From Hydrolagus colliei (lineage: Eukaryota), in the NCBI GenBank assembly GCA_035084275.1, contig CM068746.1:3410001-3474000 (forward strand): 64,000 bases of DNA, given 5' to 3'. Shown here in pieces: positions 1-12,218 of this stretch (position 1 is its first letter; each line of letters starts with the position of its first letter). Under the pieces are notes generated by a model. The model was given only the letters and a program-made list of their open reading frames with translations. It ran no database searches and was not told the origin of the DNA. The position numbers were made by a program, and so were the translations under genes.

Positions 1-1899
1 TAGTTTATTCACGAGAGCTAAACCCCTATTCATTCTTCCCTGAGTAAGAATAATGAGGTGGGCACATCCTGTGTCACAAAATTGTTTTAAGAAACATAAA
101 TGTAAACTCCCGTGATGTGCATGGTGTGAGTCTGGCATGCATGACACAATGTACCAGGTGATATCAGTGGGTGAAGGTGCTATGTGGTATCAACATTTTC
201 TAGCATGCTAGAAAATTGCACGATTCAGTCCCATATAAGGCACTGCAATTTATTTCAAGTGCATTGCATGAGGGTTTAAAAAAACCATGAGATCTTCAAA
301 CTATCCCTGATGGAAGGTGTATATGCATGTGGAAGTGGATTGAGACGGACAGGAAAGCTCCCTCAGTTCATTATCTTACCTATACAGATGATGTTGGTAA
401 TATGAAAAATAAGGCCACATGAGAGTTGGGTGATGACCATCAAACAAATGCTTTTCACAGAGGAAATAAATATTTGGTGAAGGCAAAAAAGTTAGGATTT
501 GCTGCTCTCTGTGGGGTACTAGATATGACAAAAAGACCATACTAGATTCTTGTAAGACTACATTATATTGGAAACACTTCGATGCATGCAGACATCCACT
601 TATTTTAATTGGCATATTCAAGACATAATTTCCTACGATGGTTACTTTGAAAAACTGAAGTTGAATGTGAATCTGCCTAAAATCCTAACTCAAATTAGTT
701 TTAAATCCATAAATGTAGAGTGCAGACATTAATAAAAACAGCACGGTCATACCAATCAAGAATGCAACCAGATAATTACAACAGACTGTATTGCACTAAT
801 TACATGTCCTACAACTGCTAACTGTTGTTTTTCTCTCCCCTTTACCTCGCAACAACATACCAGAAATGATGGCTGACAGGCAGCTATTTGTTTGCATACC
901 TCCAAAACATTTAGCTGTTTCCTCCTGACGTGAACGGCGCTCTATCAATGTAATTTTGTTCTTGTAGCTGCAAACTAAATATTTTTCTTCGTAAGTTATA
1001 CAATCCTAAAAATAATGCAACACTATAAAATATGCTCTTATAGCAACAAAATGTTTTAGATATGACGTTAATCTGTTATCAAATAACAAATTCAGTATTT
1101 GTAACTCGATATGAAATTTGCAATGCAGACTTCCATTTCATGTTAGTGACCCGAATGAGTTAGAAACACGCATAAGAGTATAGATAAAGTTTGATACAGA
1201 AACCCATATTGCTTGTGTTCTTCTAAAATTAACTCAATAGATTTATTTCAGTTTCATTAAGAAAATTCCTATAAAATTAACAATCAGGAGCATTATACCA
1301 AGTACAAAATATTATCTGAATAAAACTTTTTTGGGGGGTTCTTCCCCCCCCATGATCAAATATAATAGGGATACAAACATTTAGCTATGGAATTGTTGGT
1401 AGACATGTAATTAATACGGTGGGGGTTGGGGGGATTACTTTAGAGAGTGGAGGTGCGGGAGAGAGAATAAACTCTGCTTCAGCCTCCAAAACAATAGGCA
1501 AGTATCAATTTCGCTTTCTACTCATCTCGAAAATGGTTTCTCTTTGCATGTCAAAGAAAGGGAGGCACACCACACACATACATATACACAGCAAGTACAG
1601 TATTGTTCAAACTGGCATCAAAGAGAAAGTGGTGTGAGAGAGAGAAAGAGAGAGAATGACAGTAACAGTAGCTGATCAGAAGCAAGCCTGTGGCTTGTCA
1701 AGGCCCTTTTTTTTCACCCCCTCAACCCACACACACAGGAGAAGCAGAACACTCGCCTCTCAGCATCAGTCGGTCACATTACTATACAATACCACACAGT
1801 CTGCAACTCTGACCCTTGCAATTATAATATATATATATCTTTAAATCAGATCAATCCCCCCAAAAAAAAACGGCATTGTTGGTTGGTTCGGTTGCGATG

Positions 1900-2476
1900 A
1901 CCCTGTTTGGAGCGAGATAGACAGACGGGGGGTGGGTTGCCCCCCCGCCGGCCCACAGGGTACAGCGGCTTTCCTGGGCAAACCTGCCCGATTGCCCGTC
2001 AGCCGCGAGTCCTTTTATACCGGGAAACTGCCGTGCCCCCCACGGCGAGGCAACCCCTCACTCACTCCCTCACGTCAGTCACTCTACCTACCTACCTACC
2101 TACCTACTTGTCTGTCAGTTCCGGGCGCAGTGCCTGCCACACCGGGCTGCTTCCCATCCCGCAGCCATAAATAGATTAAAACAAATAACCAGGCGAGTTA
2201 GGCCTCCTTCTCTCCCTCCCTCACACACACAGAGAAGGGTGTACAGACTCGGTTAGTCAGTACAGGATGACCGACCGTCAGGGGGGGGGGAGAGGCAGAA
2301 CAAACACAGGGCGTTTAGAGGTGATTTTTATTTTAAAAAACTCAATATATGTATTATATAGACTTACCCAGCTCTGACACGCAAATCAAAGCTCACTCTC
2401 ATGAACCGTCAGCTTGTTGCTGCTGGGGCCGTTACAAACGGCCGCCTGTCGCGCCGCTTCAAACCCCAACGGTCGC

Positions 2477-2507
<31 letters not shown>

Positions 2508-2750
2508 CAGCCCGAGACAGGGGAGGGGTGGGGGAGGAGAGAGATCTGCCTCAAAACCCGGAGCTGGAATTATCACCCATTCCGACAGCGCGAACTCCAG
2601 GCGTCTCTCCGTTCCTTCTCTCCACCCACTTACCCACCCCAATCCACCCGTTCCCTTTCGGAACTCACCGCTCCGCATTTTCCGATTCACTCCTTTCCTT
2701 TTAAGGTGATCTTCCCGTGTGCACTGGTCGCCGAGTTGGGTCAACGACAA
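1900..2750. promoter_or_regulatory. CpG-rich promoter / first-exon region of the minus-strand gene (GRAMD4)
   Basis: GC- and CpG-rich (gcgccgc, cgccgcgcgcgc) against an AT-rich background. Several minus-strand donor sites: GTAAGT at 2367-2362 and 2633-2628, GTGAGT at 2668-2663. Confidence 0.6.
2368..2402 (-). CDS. GRAMD4: Probable first coding exon of GRAM domain-containing protein 4, long isoform (MRVSFDLRVRAG, phase-2 end)
   Basis: Minus strand reads ATG AGA GTG AGC TTT GAT TTG CGT GTC AGA GCT GG|GTAAGT: a consensus donor, with an in-frame TGA three codons upstream of the ATG, in a CpG-rich region. The peptide resembles my recollection of the mouse Gramd4 N-terminus (..MQVSFDLHVQAG|ERHVR..). 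GRAMD4 is the head-to-head neighbour of CELSR1 in human. Not database-verified. Confidence 0.65.
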
Positions 2751-2803
2751 CAACAACAGCAGCAACAACGACAACGACGACAACAGCAACAACAGCAACA
2801 ACA
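2743..2803. repeat. (CAA/CAG/CGA)n trinucleotide microsatellite
   Basis: acgacaacaacaacagcagcaacaacgacaacgacgacaacagcaacaacagcaacaaca. Confidence 0.9.
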
Positions 2804-2910
2804 GATGCTTACATGAGGAAGAATCAGAGTCCATATGTTTTGAGGTAGGCGCTGGGCAGTTCCAGGGGATTGGTAATGAATGTTGCTTTGGTTCAGGAGT
2901 CTGCCATTCA

Positions 2911-3668
2911 GGAGTCCTGTAGCTCAGTGGTTAGAGCATGCGCTTCCACAAGTGAAAGGCACTGGGTTCGATTCCGGGTTAGGGCAAAAAACGTTGAGCA
3001 AGACTTTCCTTTACTCCACACTCCACCCGATAGTCATCCCTGAAACAAACAAGCATAAAATTGGTCACTTCAATTTCCCTGGCTGTTTGTGGGGGATGGA
3101 ATTGGCTACCACGTTCCAACAACAACAACAACAACAACAACAACTTTGATGTATATAGCGCCCTCCACGCCGGACAGCGTCTCAGAGCGCTTCACAGTAA
3201 CGGATCCCGGGACCGAGCCAGGGGCAGGGGTAGAAAGGTGACCAAAGGCGCGGTCGAAGAGAACGATCTTTAGCTGTGAACCTGAAACTGGGAAGAGAGG
3301 GGGCGAGGCGAAGGGAATGAGGGAGGGAGTTCCAGAGCCTCGGGGCGCGGTGGCTGAAGGCACGGCCGCCGAGGGTGGAGCGGAGGATTCGGGGGGACAT
3401 GGAGGAGGCCAGACCCAGAGGAGCGAAGGCAGCGGGTGCTGGTTTGGGGGGAGAGGAGATCAGAGAGATAGGGGGGTGCAGAGGAGTGGAGGGATTTGAA
3501 AACAAGGGTGAGGATCTTGAAGTCCATCCTCTCAAGGATCTGCCCACAAATACACAGTCAATTCACTTTACAGTATATTCCATGAAGCACTTTGAGAAGT
3601 CAAGAAGATGTGAAAAGTGTTATATCAAATGCAAAGATTATTATTATTATTATTAATATTATTATTAT
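2911..3668 (+). mobile_element. Young tRNA-headed SINE, split by an L2 insertion (3118-3540)
   Basis: Head ggagtcctgtagctcagtggttagagc with A/B boxes; body breaks at ..ggctaccacgttc and resumes at gcccacaaatacacagtcaattcac..; (ATT)n tail. Confidence 0.9.
3118..3540 (-). mobile_element. LINE L2 3' fragment with (TTG)n tail
   Basis: Translates to the L2 ORF2 C-terminus (FKILTLVFKSLHSSAPPYLSDLL..RCLRSS; GGRAFSHRAPRLWNSLP); 3' stem-loop and (ttg)n tail. Confidence 0.9.
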
Positions 3669-4064
3669 TTGCTGAACAGCAACGTGGACTGAACCTATCC
3701 TTACAATGTCTCTCATAATGAAAGACTCCACAAAGTTTCTGAAGCTCTAAAAAAAAATCAATCCTGATCCCCACTTTCCTCGTGGCTGAAAAGCTGGAAC
3801 CTGAATGGACATTTAGCAATAAATTAAAGCTGTTTTTGCTGTATTTGTGGTCAGCATTATCATTCGTGAGAGCAAGAAGAAAACCTAACTCTTTCATCAA
3901 CAGTTTGTAAACACGCTGACGGAAACTGCTACATCATGAAAACATCGTTGTATTGCTTGCACATAATGTTAGTCAATAATCCTTATAATCGAGATAGCAT
4001 CTTATCATGTCAATACCTCACAGCATACAATGACTTTGTATGTAGATGCAGAGCAGAGGGTCGT

Positions 4065-4326
4065 AAATTTGCGCAGTGATAGCCCACAAACATCCGTGGA
4101 GTGAATGACCAATTTTCCTTTCTTGGGGTCTTAATTTTTTTGGTCTCATTTTCATGGGGCTGAATTGGCTACTGCCTTTCGCCCACAAATATACAGTCAA
4201 TTCACTTTACATTGTGTTCTGTGAAGCGCTTTGAGACGCCTAGAAGACTTGAAAAGCGCTATATCAAGTGCAAGGATTATTATTGCTCATAGGGTGAGTG
4301 CTGTAACCACTAAGATGTAGGCCTCC
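4065..4326. mobile_element. Rearranged SINE pieces (minus body, plus body and tail, minus head)
   Basis: 4065-4115 matches the reverse complement of the Deu segment; 4140-4285 is forward body and tail; 4296-4326 is the reverse complement of the head. Confidence 0.7.
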
Positions 4327-4902
4327 TTAAGAGTATTGCAATCCCTGACATAGGATAGACGACCACAGATGGTTGACTTGATTCCAACATTCATTACTAT
4401 GAATGTCATTATAGAGCAGCTCAGCTCCAAGCTTCCCCAGCTCAGGCTGAGCTCCCCGTTCCTCTCCCCACCAAAGCGAACAGTCTAGTTGGTTTTTTTC
4501 TGTTGCTATATAAATAGCATTTAAGTTAACAGTTGCTTGTTTATCTAAAGTGTTAGATTGTTTGGAGCTGTTATCTTCCATGTGAAAGGGTTTTGTTGTT
4601 GCAACTCGCAAACGTTTTTAAAAATTTGTTTTTCTAAAGCAGTTAGCAATTGGAAGTAGAGATGCCATAAGGATAACAAATCTGATTGCGCCACTGAACC
4701 CGAAGGTAGCACAATGAAGCAAGTAGTGTTACATCACAAGCGGTTTTCAGCAGATTCTGACTGGATAAACTATTTAATATGTTATGTAATAGAATCATTT
4801 GACATTGAATGTTTGGGGCGAGGTGATGACCATGTAACAAGTGGTGTTTGTGAGTTTGGAATAGTTCATACCCCTTGCGCTACAAGTAATTCTGCCAAAG
4901 TA

Positions 4903-5501
4903 CAGGTAGACCCCCCACTTAACGTTGTTTCTGTCAACGTTGTTTCATTATTATGTTGCTGATAGAAAACATAACTCCATTTAAGGTTGCAACATTCGCT
5001 ATTACGTTATTCGCCAGCGGGTGGAAACAAACTACTGTAGTTTGTGTAGCATAGGCTACGTCCGGTATTCTGACGCAGCGTCCATCCACAGTCTTACCAT
5101 CGCCATTTTAAATTTGTGCGCAGGTATGAGATTGGTAATATTTTTTATATCGTGATTTACTTGTGGCATCCTCTATAAACATGAGTCCAAAACGCCCAGG
5201 AAGTGACAATGGTAGTAAAAAAAACACAAAAACTATTACTCTCAAAATGAAATGAGATGTTTTAACCTGTTTTGATGCTGTGAGCGTTATTATTTAATTT
5301 AAAAAATATATTTTACATTGATGAATGTACATGTATTTCAACGTATAATTTTTTTAAAGAAAATTGTGACAATACATGTCCGAAAGAATCTAACTCCAGT
5401 TTATACATTAATTCTTATGGGAAAATGTGTTTGCTTAACATTGTTTCTCTTAAAGTCGCACTTTTCGAGAACACAACTGCGCGTTAAGCGAGGACTAATT
5501 G
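4903..5501 (+). mobile_element. Tc1/mariner Tigger-like internally deleted DNA transposon
   Basis: TA flanks; imperfect TIRs caggtagaccccccacttaacg / cgttaagcgaggactaattg; degenerate transposase N-terminus from 5181 (MSPKRPGSDNGSKK..KTITLKMK*DVL..FD). Confidence 0.8.
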
Positions 5502-6289
5502 TACTCAATCACGTGAAAGTTATTGCCAAACATGAAGTCTGTGCAATCACTATGGTGGGCTCAATGACAGGTGACATAGCCTATATCTTTCTTGCTTACA
5601 CATCTGAGATAAACATACTGAAATTGCAATCTACTGGACACTCATCCTTGAAGGAGGTACTGTACCTGGTAAAGTCATTGAAGGATAAAGAGCTCTATTA
5701 GGTAAAAGCAGTGGGCCGTTAACATGGTACTAGAAACTTCTGCGGAGCACAGTGGGACTAGGGCAAAGGCAATTTATGAACAAGATTAGCCTGAGACAAA
5801 GAGGATTATTTAGGGAAATGAAACAGGTTCAGTGGGTCGCATCGCTCTCTACGGATTGGAAGTACACGGCAATAATTCAATTTTTTTTCTCCCACTGGCT
5901 AAAGTGTGCCAACTGTTAAAGCTGGAGGTGCTGTCAGGGTTGTTGCCAGTGTTGGACTAATCCAATGCTCTGAAACAGACCCTTTAAGCCTAAGGTATGG
6001 ATTGGAAAGTACAGGGGGAGCTGTCCCAAATGTTGAATCATATCTGTACAGGTTGTGATGGACACCAGCATTTGCTTGTACACTGCCTTGCAGGACTTCG
6101 CTAAGAGGAGCAAAAGGAAACTCTGGTTTTTCTCATCTCCTTTCAAGTCCCAATACAGATTCATCTTGTGGTGTATAAGACGAATGTCCAAACAGTTCTC
6201 CTTCATAACTCAGTGTAGAGCACTTTGACACATCCCCCGAGGTGAAAGGCACAATATGGATGTGAATTCCATGGTCTTCTTCCTCCCTC

Positions 6290-6620
6290 CCTCTACAACC
6301 TATTAAAGCTTCACTAACCTATCCACTCGCTCCATCTGCAGGCACTGCAGTCTGCACCCTGCCTCCTTTATTATTGGTAGTTGGACCTTCAGCCTTTATT
6401 CCCTCACCTTCTGGAACTTCATCCCATAGCTCCTCCATTGCTTCTATCTCAAGACCTTCCTTTCCAACTGTGCCTTCAGTCATCTTCATTCCTCCGCAAA
6501 CTCTTGCCTTCCACCACTCTCTGAACCCAACCCACAGCTCAAGTCCAAATACCTCATTGTCCAATGCCTTGGGAAGTCCTGCTAACATGCAGGTCATAAT
6601 ATAAATGCAATTTGTTGTTG
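6290..6620 (+). mobile_element. LINE L2 3' fragment
   Basis: Degenerate 'GxxAFS..P..WNS.P' region, C/T-rich 3' UTR and tail aatgcaatttgttgttg. Confidence 0.7.
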
Positions 6621-6634
6621 CATAATATTACATT

Positions 6635-7033
6635 AATAATAATCCTTGCATTTGATATAGCACCTTATCACATCTTCGAGACATCTCAAAGCGCTTCACA
6701 AAATATTCTGTGAATTGAATTAACTATAACAACAACAAAATTACATTTGTATAGCACCTTTCATGTCAGGAAGACTTCCCAACACGCTGGGCAAGTTTCC
6801 TTACTCCACATGCCTAATAATAATCCCTCCAAAAAAAACACAATAATAAATTGGCAATTTCATTCCACGACTGTTTGTGAGACACTGCTGTGCACAATTG
6901 GCTGCTGCATTTCACCCACAAATAAACAGTCAATTCACTTTACAGTATATTCTGTGAAGTGCATTGAGACGTCTAGAAGACGTTTAGAAGACGTGAAAAG
7001 CGCTATATCAAATTTAAGGATTATTACTATTAT
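6635..7033. mobile_element. Cluster of SINE tail (-), L2 tail (-) and 5'-truncated SINE (+)
   Basis: 6635-6722 reverse SINE tail; 6728-6785 reverse L2 tail; 6788-7033 forward SINE from gggcaagtttccttactcc. Confidence 0.8.
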
Positions 7034-7859
7034 TTGTTTATATAGTTAAGCTTGTCTCGGACATTATCAAACTTCTTACAGAACAAGACACAGCATGTTA
7101 TTATCTGGTTTATTCAAAATATATAAATATATATTTGCTGATATATAAATATATATTTGCTAATATATATTAATACTTGTCTCAGACCGTATCAAACCCT
7201 TAACAGAAAAGAAGGCCGAATAACAAATCTTTATCTTCCTACTTTAGGGGTTACATTTTGAATAGATAACTGACCTTTTCCTGATCTTGCTGCTCCCAGA
7301 TGATCTCAGCAAAGCTGAAACTGGCTGCATCAGCGTCCTGCCTATTTTGGCTCCTTGTGTGTAAAATGTATTTGAGAGAGGTTTACTGTTCACATATTCT
7401 CTCTCTCTCTCTATTTCTCAATCGCTCCACCTGCTGCTCTGGCTCATTCTCTAGTTTCCCTCTTGCCATTTGTTGACTAATCTCACACTGACTTTGCACC
7501 TGTTGGATTTCGCAGTCCACACATCATCGTTTAGAAAAGTAAAACTCAATTAAAGTCCAAATTCAAAATTTCCATTGTATTCTCAATTGCAGTGAATAGG
7601 ATTAAGGACAGAGGAGAAACCAAGTACAGTAGTTACAAATTATTTCTATGCAATGTAATACATTTCCACTTCACATTAATCTTTCTGTTACATTTATTAT
7701 GCGTACTATCCATCAAATATAACACATTCTGGGAGTCTTTATGATTACCTGATATGGCTAAAAAATATTTTAATTGTAAACTTAATTAGAAATAGAAACT
7801 TAATAGTCAAACAATTCTTCATTACAATAATCCCAACTGCACCTTAGTTGAAATGTTAA

Positions 7860-8025
7860 AAGTTTGAGTCCTGTCTGCCACTTCAGGTGGTTGTTAAAGA
7901 TCCCTTGACACAAAGAGAAGGGAGCTTCTCCCTGTGTTCTTGCCAACAATCCTTCAAATAGCATTGACAGTTTGCATCAAGGCTGTTTGTGTCAAATTGG
8001 CTGCTGCATTCACCAGCATTGATAC
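7860..8025 (+). mobile_element. Old DeuSINE (SacSINE1/AmnSINE1-like) fragment
   Basis: ctgtctgccacttcaggtgg..aaagatccc..gagaagggagcttctccctgtgttcttgccaac..attggctgctgc resembles the Deu domain. Confidence 0.65.
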
Positions 8026-8029
8026 ATTT

Positions 8030-8507
8030 AGATTCATAGATTCATAGAATTTTACGGCACAAAAGGAGGCCATTCGGCCCATCTAGTCTGTGCCGGCTCT
8101 TTGAAAAGAGCGATTTAATCCCACTGCCCTGCCCGCTCCCCATAGCCTAATAGACCTGTTCTCTCTAAATAAAGATCTAATTCCCTTTTAAAAGTTGTTA
8201 TCGAATCAGCCTCCACCACCTTTTCAGGCAATGCATTCCAGATTCGAACAACTCGCTGAGTGAAAAAAATTCTCCTCAGCTCCCCTCTACTGCGCCTTGA
8301 AACTATTTTAAATCTGTGACCACAAGTCACAGATTCGCCCACGAGTGGAAATAGATTTTCTCTATTTGCCCTGTCGAAACCCCTCATGATTTTATAAAGC
8401 TCTATTAGGTCTCCCCTCAATCTTCTCTGCTCCAGAGAGAATAACCCTAGCCTATCTAGCCTCTCCTCATAGCTGAAGTCCCTCAATCCTGGCACCATCC
8501 TAGTAAT
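8030..8507 (-). mobile_element. LINE CR1 3' fragment
   Basis: RMVPGLRDFSYEERLDRLGLFSLEQRRLRGDLIELYKIMRG..FFTQRVVRIWNALP is the CR1 ORF2 C-terminus; (tctatgaa)-type 3' microsatellite. Confidence 0.95.
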
Positions 8508-8514
8508 CCTAGTT

Positions 8515-8872
8515 ATCAATAATAATAATTTCTTGAATTTGATATAGCGCCTTATCAGGTCTTCGAGAAGTCTCAAAGCACTTCACAGAATATACTATAA
8601 AGTGAAATGACTGAATATTTTGCGGGAGAAACGCTGCAACCAATTACTCCCAGTAGTGACCCACAAATAGTTGACCCAATTTATTATAATGTTTTTTGAA
8701 GGAATTATTTCCCCCAGAAACATAGACAGTTGACTAAAAATGGATTCCTACTAACTGCTAGGTAAACTGCTAGTGTGGACAATGAAACTTGCTCAACGTT
8801 TCGCACTGCTGGGAATCAAGCACAGATCTCTCACTTAGGAGGAAAGTGCTATAACCATGAGCTACAAGACTC
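8515..8872 (-). mobile_element. Long-form SINE copy retaining an extended CORE-like segment
   Basis: Reverse complement reads head, then caagtttcattgtccacactagcagtttacctagcagttagtaggaatcc..ttagtcaactg, then Deu segment and tail. Confidence 0.8.
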
Positions 8873-11800
8873 TACATTACTATAAACCCTGCAACCCGAA
8901 GCCTAACAGCTACTGTGGTTCTAGTTGGACAAGCAGTGGGAAAGCTTATCAGACAAACTCAATGGCAAACTATGCAGGTTTAGCTGATTAGACTCCAGCA
9001 GTACCCCAGTGCTCTCTCTGGGGTTCCCAACCCTTGTCATTTGCCAACCAGCACTTAAATATGTTCTGGAATTAGGTAAAAATGATGCATCCCTCCAGGG
9101 AGAGAGTGCACATTTAATTCGAACAATCTATCACTGGAATTTCCATGTGTAGATGGAATGTATGGAAATTTCAGTTGGTTTGAATACTCTTAATGGGTTT
9201 GGGTTTGATGGGTTTTCAATACGAAAGCACTTTGAGACATTTTGACATGATAAAACACTGTGTCAAATGCAGGATTATTCAGTTACACAGCAATTATGGG
9301 GGGGTTGCTGCATTGTCGAAGATGCCATCCTTCGAATGAGACATTAAACTGAGGGATTTCATTCACCTGTCGGTCTGTTCCCATGAACTATTGTCACACT
9401 CATGAAAAAGCATTTTGTAGAAAGAGGAAACTTTCATCACATTACTTTGGGCTGAATGATTCCCAAGCCTCGGAGGTGAAAGATCAGTTAAACATGACTC
9501 TATATACTATTTTAATATTTAGTCTACATTACTTATTAACTTTGGCATCAATATTTACCTATTTCAGCTTCGATCATTTTTTATTTGATTTTCCGTTTAT
9601 CCTCTGTCTTATCATTTCAGATCTAGTAGGAACCCATTTAAATTTAGAATAGACCCCAAATAGTTTTTTTTTCTTAAATTACAACTAACATTCTTTTAGA
9701 TAGCACCTTTCACATCAGGAGACATTTCAAATTGCTTCACACTATTGGCTAAATATCAGAGTTGAGATATGGGAGCTGGAGAGGATGACAGAAAACATGG
9801 TCATAAAGGCTGACTTTAAAAGTGGGTCAGGGGGAAGTCCAGGTTGGAATTCCAAACTTCCAGAGAATGGAACAAATTGGAAATTGGAAGTGGTTTGGAA
9901 TGAATAACTTGAGGATAAGCCACTGTGGAATTTTCCAAATTATTCTTTTACTTGATTAATTTTCTTACTACAGGTATGTTATTTTTGTTGTTTTCAAAGC
10001 ATTAAAAAATTTCTATTTCCATTAATCAGTTTGAAACATTGGCTGGTCTGATTTGTAATGAATCTCAATCCGCAAAATCAAGCAATACCTTTATCCTCTA
10101 CTGAAAAATATTCCCAACATAAACCCTACTTCAGTTGTTCTCCCAGAAACCTTGTTTATACTTCCTGGTTTTCTTTCATTGGTTCCAAGTTCATTGTCTT
10201 GAATCCTACTCTTGAAGGATTATCCAACCAGGATGCTGGTTGTCTATGGTCCATATGTTAATAATTTTTGTTGATTTAAATATCAGCTCTTGTCCAAGTA
10301 ATAGACTGTACTGACTCACAGTCAACATAGGATGGGCTCGGGTTGGGGATCAGGTCCCATCTGTCCGCTGCTGTGACTGTGGCACATAGTCTCTGATGAT
10401 GGAGTGGGCGAGCCTGCAGGAGGTCTTCTCTGATGTGGTGCTGTTCTGGTCACCAACTGGTTTTGGGGTAAAGCCTGCTTTCCCTGCCACGACAGGGGTT
10501 CCCCAGGGACAATCCTTTCAGGGGACAATTACGCCTTCCAATCCTTCATTCGCATATTAAAACAAACAAAAAAAAAATTCAAATGTTAAGTGACCAGCCA
10601 AACTGTTGCAAATGACACTTTGGGAATCTTGATGCCACCATTCGGGTCACCATCTATTTAAATATTATTACTGTATCTGAAAACTGATGTGCGAATGCAC
10701 CAGTTCTTTTCCAAACTTTCGGTGTTTGTACAGGTTTACTCTAGCGGTTCGGGTGAGACAACAACCACATTTAAACAATCAATGCTTGAAACTACATAAT
10801 AGAAACTACTAAGTCCTCCTAAAAGGAGTCCTCCCACAGGAGTCCTCCCGATGAGTGTAGATAAAGATGAAATGTTTGTCTGTCAATCTGTCAATTTAAA
10901 TTAATTTGTGACCTTCAGTACAACCTATGGGGTTAAAGTTTGGTAGAATTTGGTAACATTTCCACGTTTCTTTTCCCTTTCTTTCTAGTCCATTCCCATC
11001 TATTTTTTCCCCCTCTTTACATTGATGTCTCCGAATCTGCCTCAGTGTTTGCCATTTTGGTATAACTTAGTGGTCATGTTTAGTTGGACCAACTATATTT
11101 GTAATCAAATTTGTGGCCTTCCATGATCCACAGTGTTGATATATACAGTACTTTAGTGGAATATAATCTCTGTAAACCAGTAGATTGTCCTCATCATTTT
11201 CCTGTCAAGGGAGAAGATCTTGTCATACATGGACACCTCTTGCTATGCTTAAAGAAACTCTGGTTCTAACTACAATAATGCAAACACAGACTTAGATTGA
11301 GTGACTCTTGCCAGTTTGGGAGTATGGAAACATCTCCAGCATGTTCCATTTGACATATCACAATGTGGCGTATGACCTTGGTTGTACTGAGTGATAGATT
11401 TCTTTCATCTTCATTAATTATTTTTGTTTCTATCGTGCTGCCTTTAACACATTACATTTTTTAACATTCCCGTCCTTGTCTGGGGAGACGAAGAACTGTA
11501 GGTCTTGCTTATTGAGTACTTGGAAATACTCAAGTGAATGCTTGAATTCGCAACAAAATATTAATGTCTGCAGATGACTTATGTCAATACAGTAATTAAG
11601 AAGTACTTGATGTAACTCTCAGGTTAGACTGATAAAACATATATCAGAAAACCCGAACACTGCTGTAAATGAACACTCAAGGAGCATTCAAAATGAAAAA
11701 AAATCAAGGTATTATTCTAATCTTTTGCTCAATTGAACTTTTATTGTAAATCTTACACTGTTTTTAATATATTTTCTTCATTACCCTTATAATAACAGTT

Positions 11801-11884
11801 GCATTTTGATACAAATGCTTCTCGCGTCTTTGAGACATCTCAAAGGCTTCATAGAATATACAGAAAAGTGAATTGGCCTGTAGA

Positions 11885-12218
11885 AGTGTCCTGCAGCTCA
11901 GTACTGTAGTTGGTGCACTTAGCTCCCAAGCGAGAGTAGTTAGAGCACTCGCCTCACAAGCAAGAGACCTGGATTCGATTCCAGGCAGGCCAAAACTTTG
12001 GGCAAATTTCCTTATTCCACATACCTAGTAATAATCCCTCAAAAAGTAATTTGGTTGCTCTATCCATGACTGTTCGTGGGATACTTTACGCAGTTGGCTG
12101 CCTCATTTTGCCCATACAGTCAATTCATTTAACATTAATATTCTGTGAAGGGCTTTGAGACGTACAGTATAGAAGACGTGAAAAATGCTACGTATATCAA
12201 ATGCAAGGCTTATTATAA
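11885..12218 (+). mobile_element. Young SINE with a partly duplicated head; reverse SINE tail at 11790-11880
   Basis: Matches the family consensus through gattccaggcagg..gggcaaatttcc..aaatgcaaggcttattat. Confidence 0.8.

Noticed and set aside
2349-2834. PolyQ/polyL ORFs over the CAA repeat
   Set aside because: Products of a microsatellite and GC-rich promoter DNA; no domain similarity.
8115-8576. 153-aa ORF as a host gene
   Set aside because: CR1 ORF2 C-terminus joined to a reversed SINE tail.
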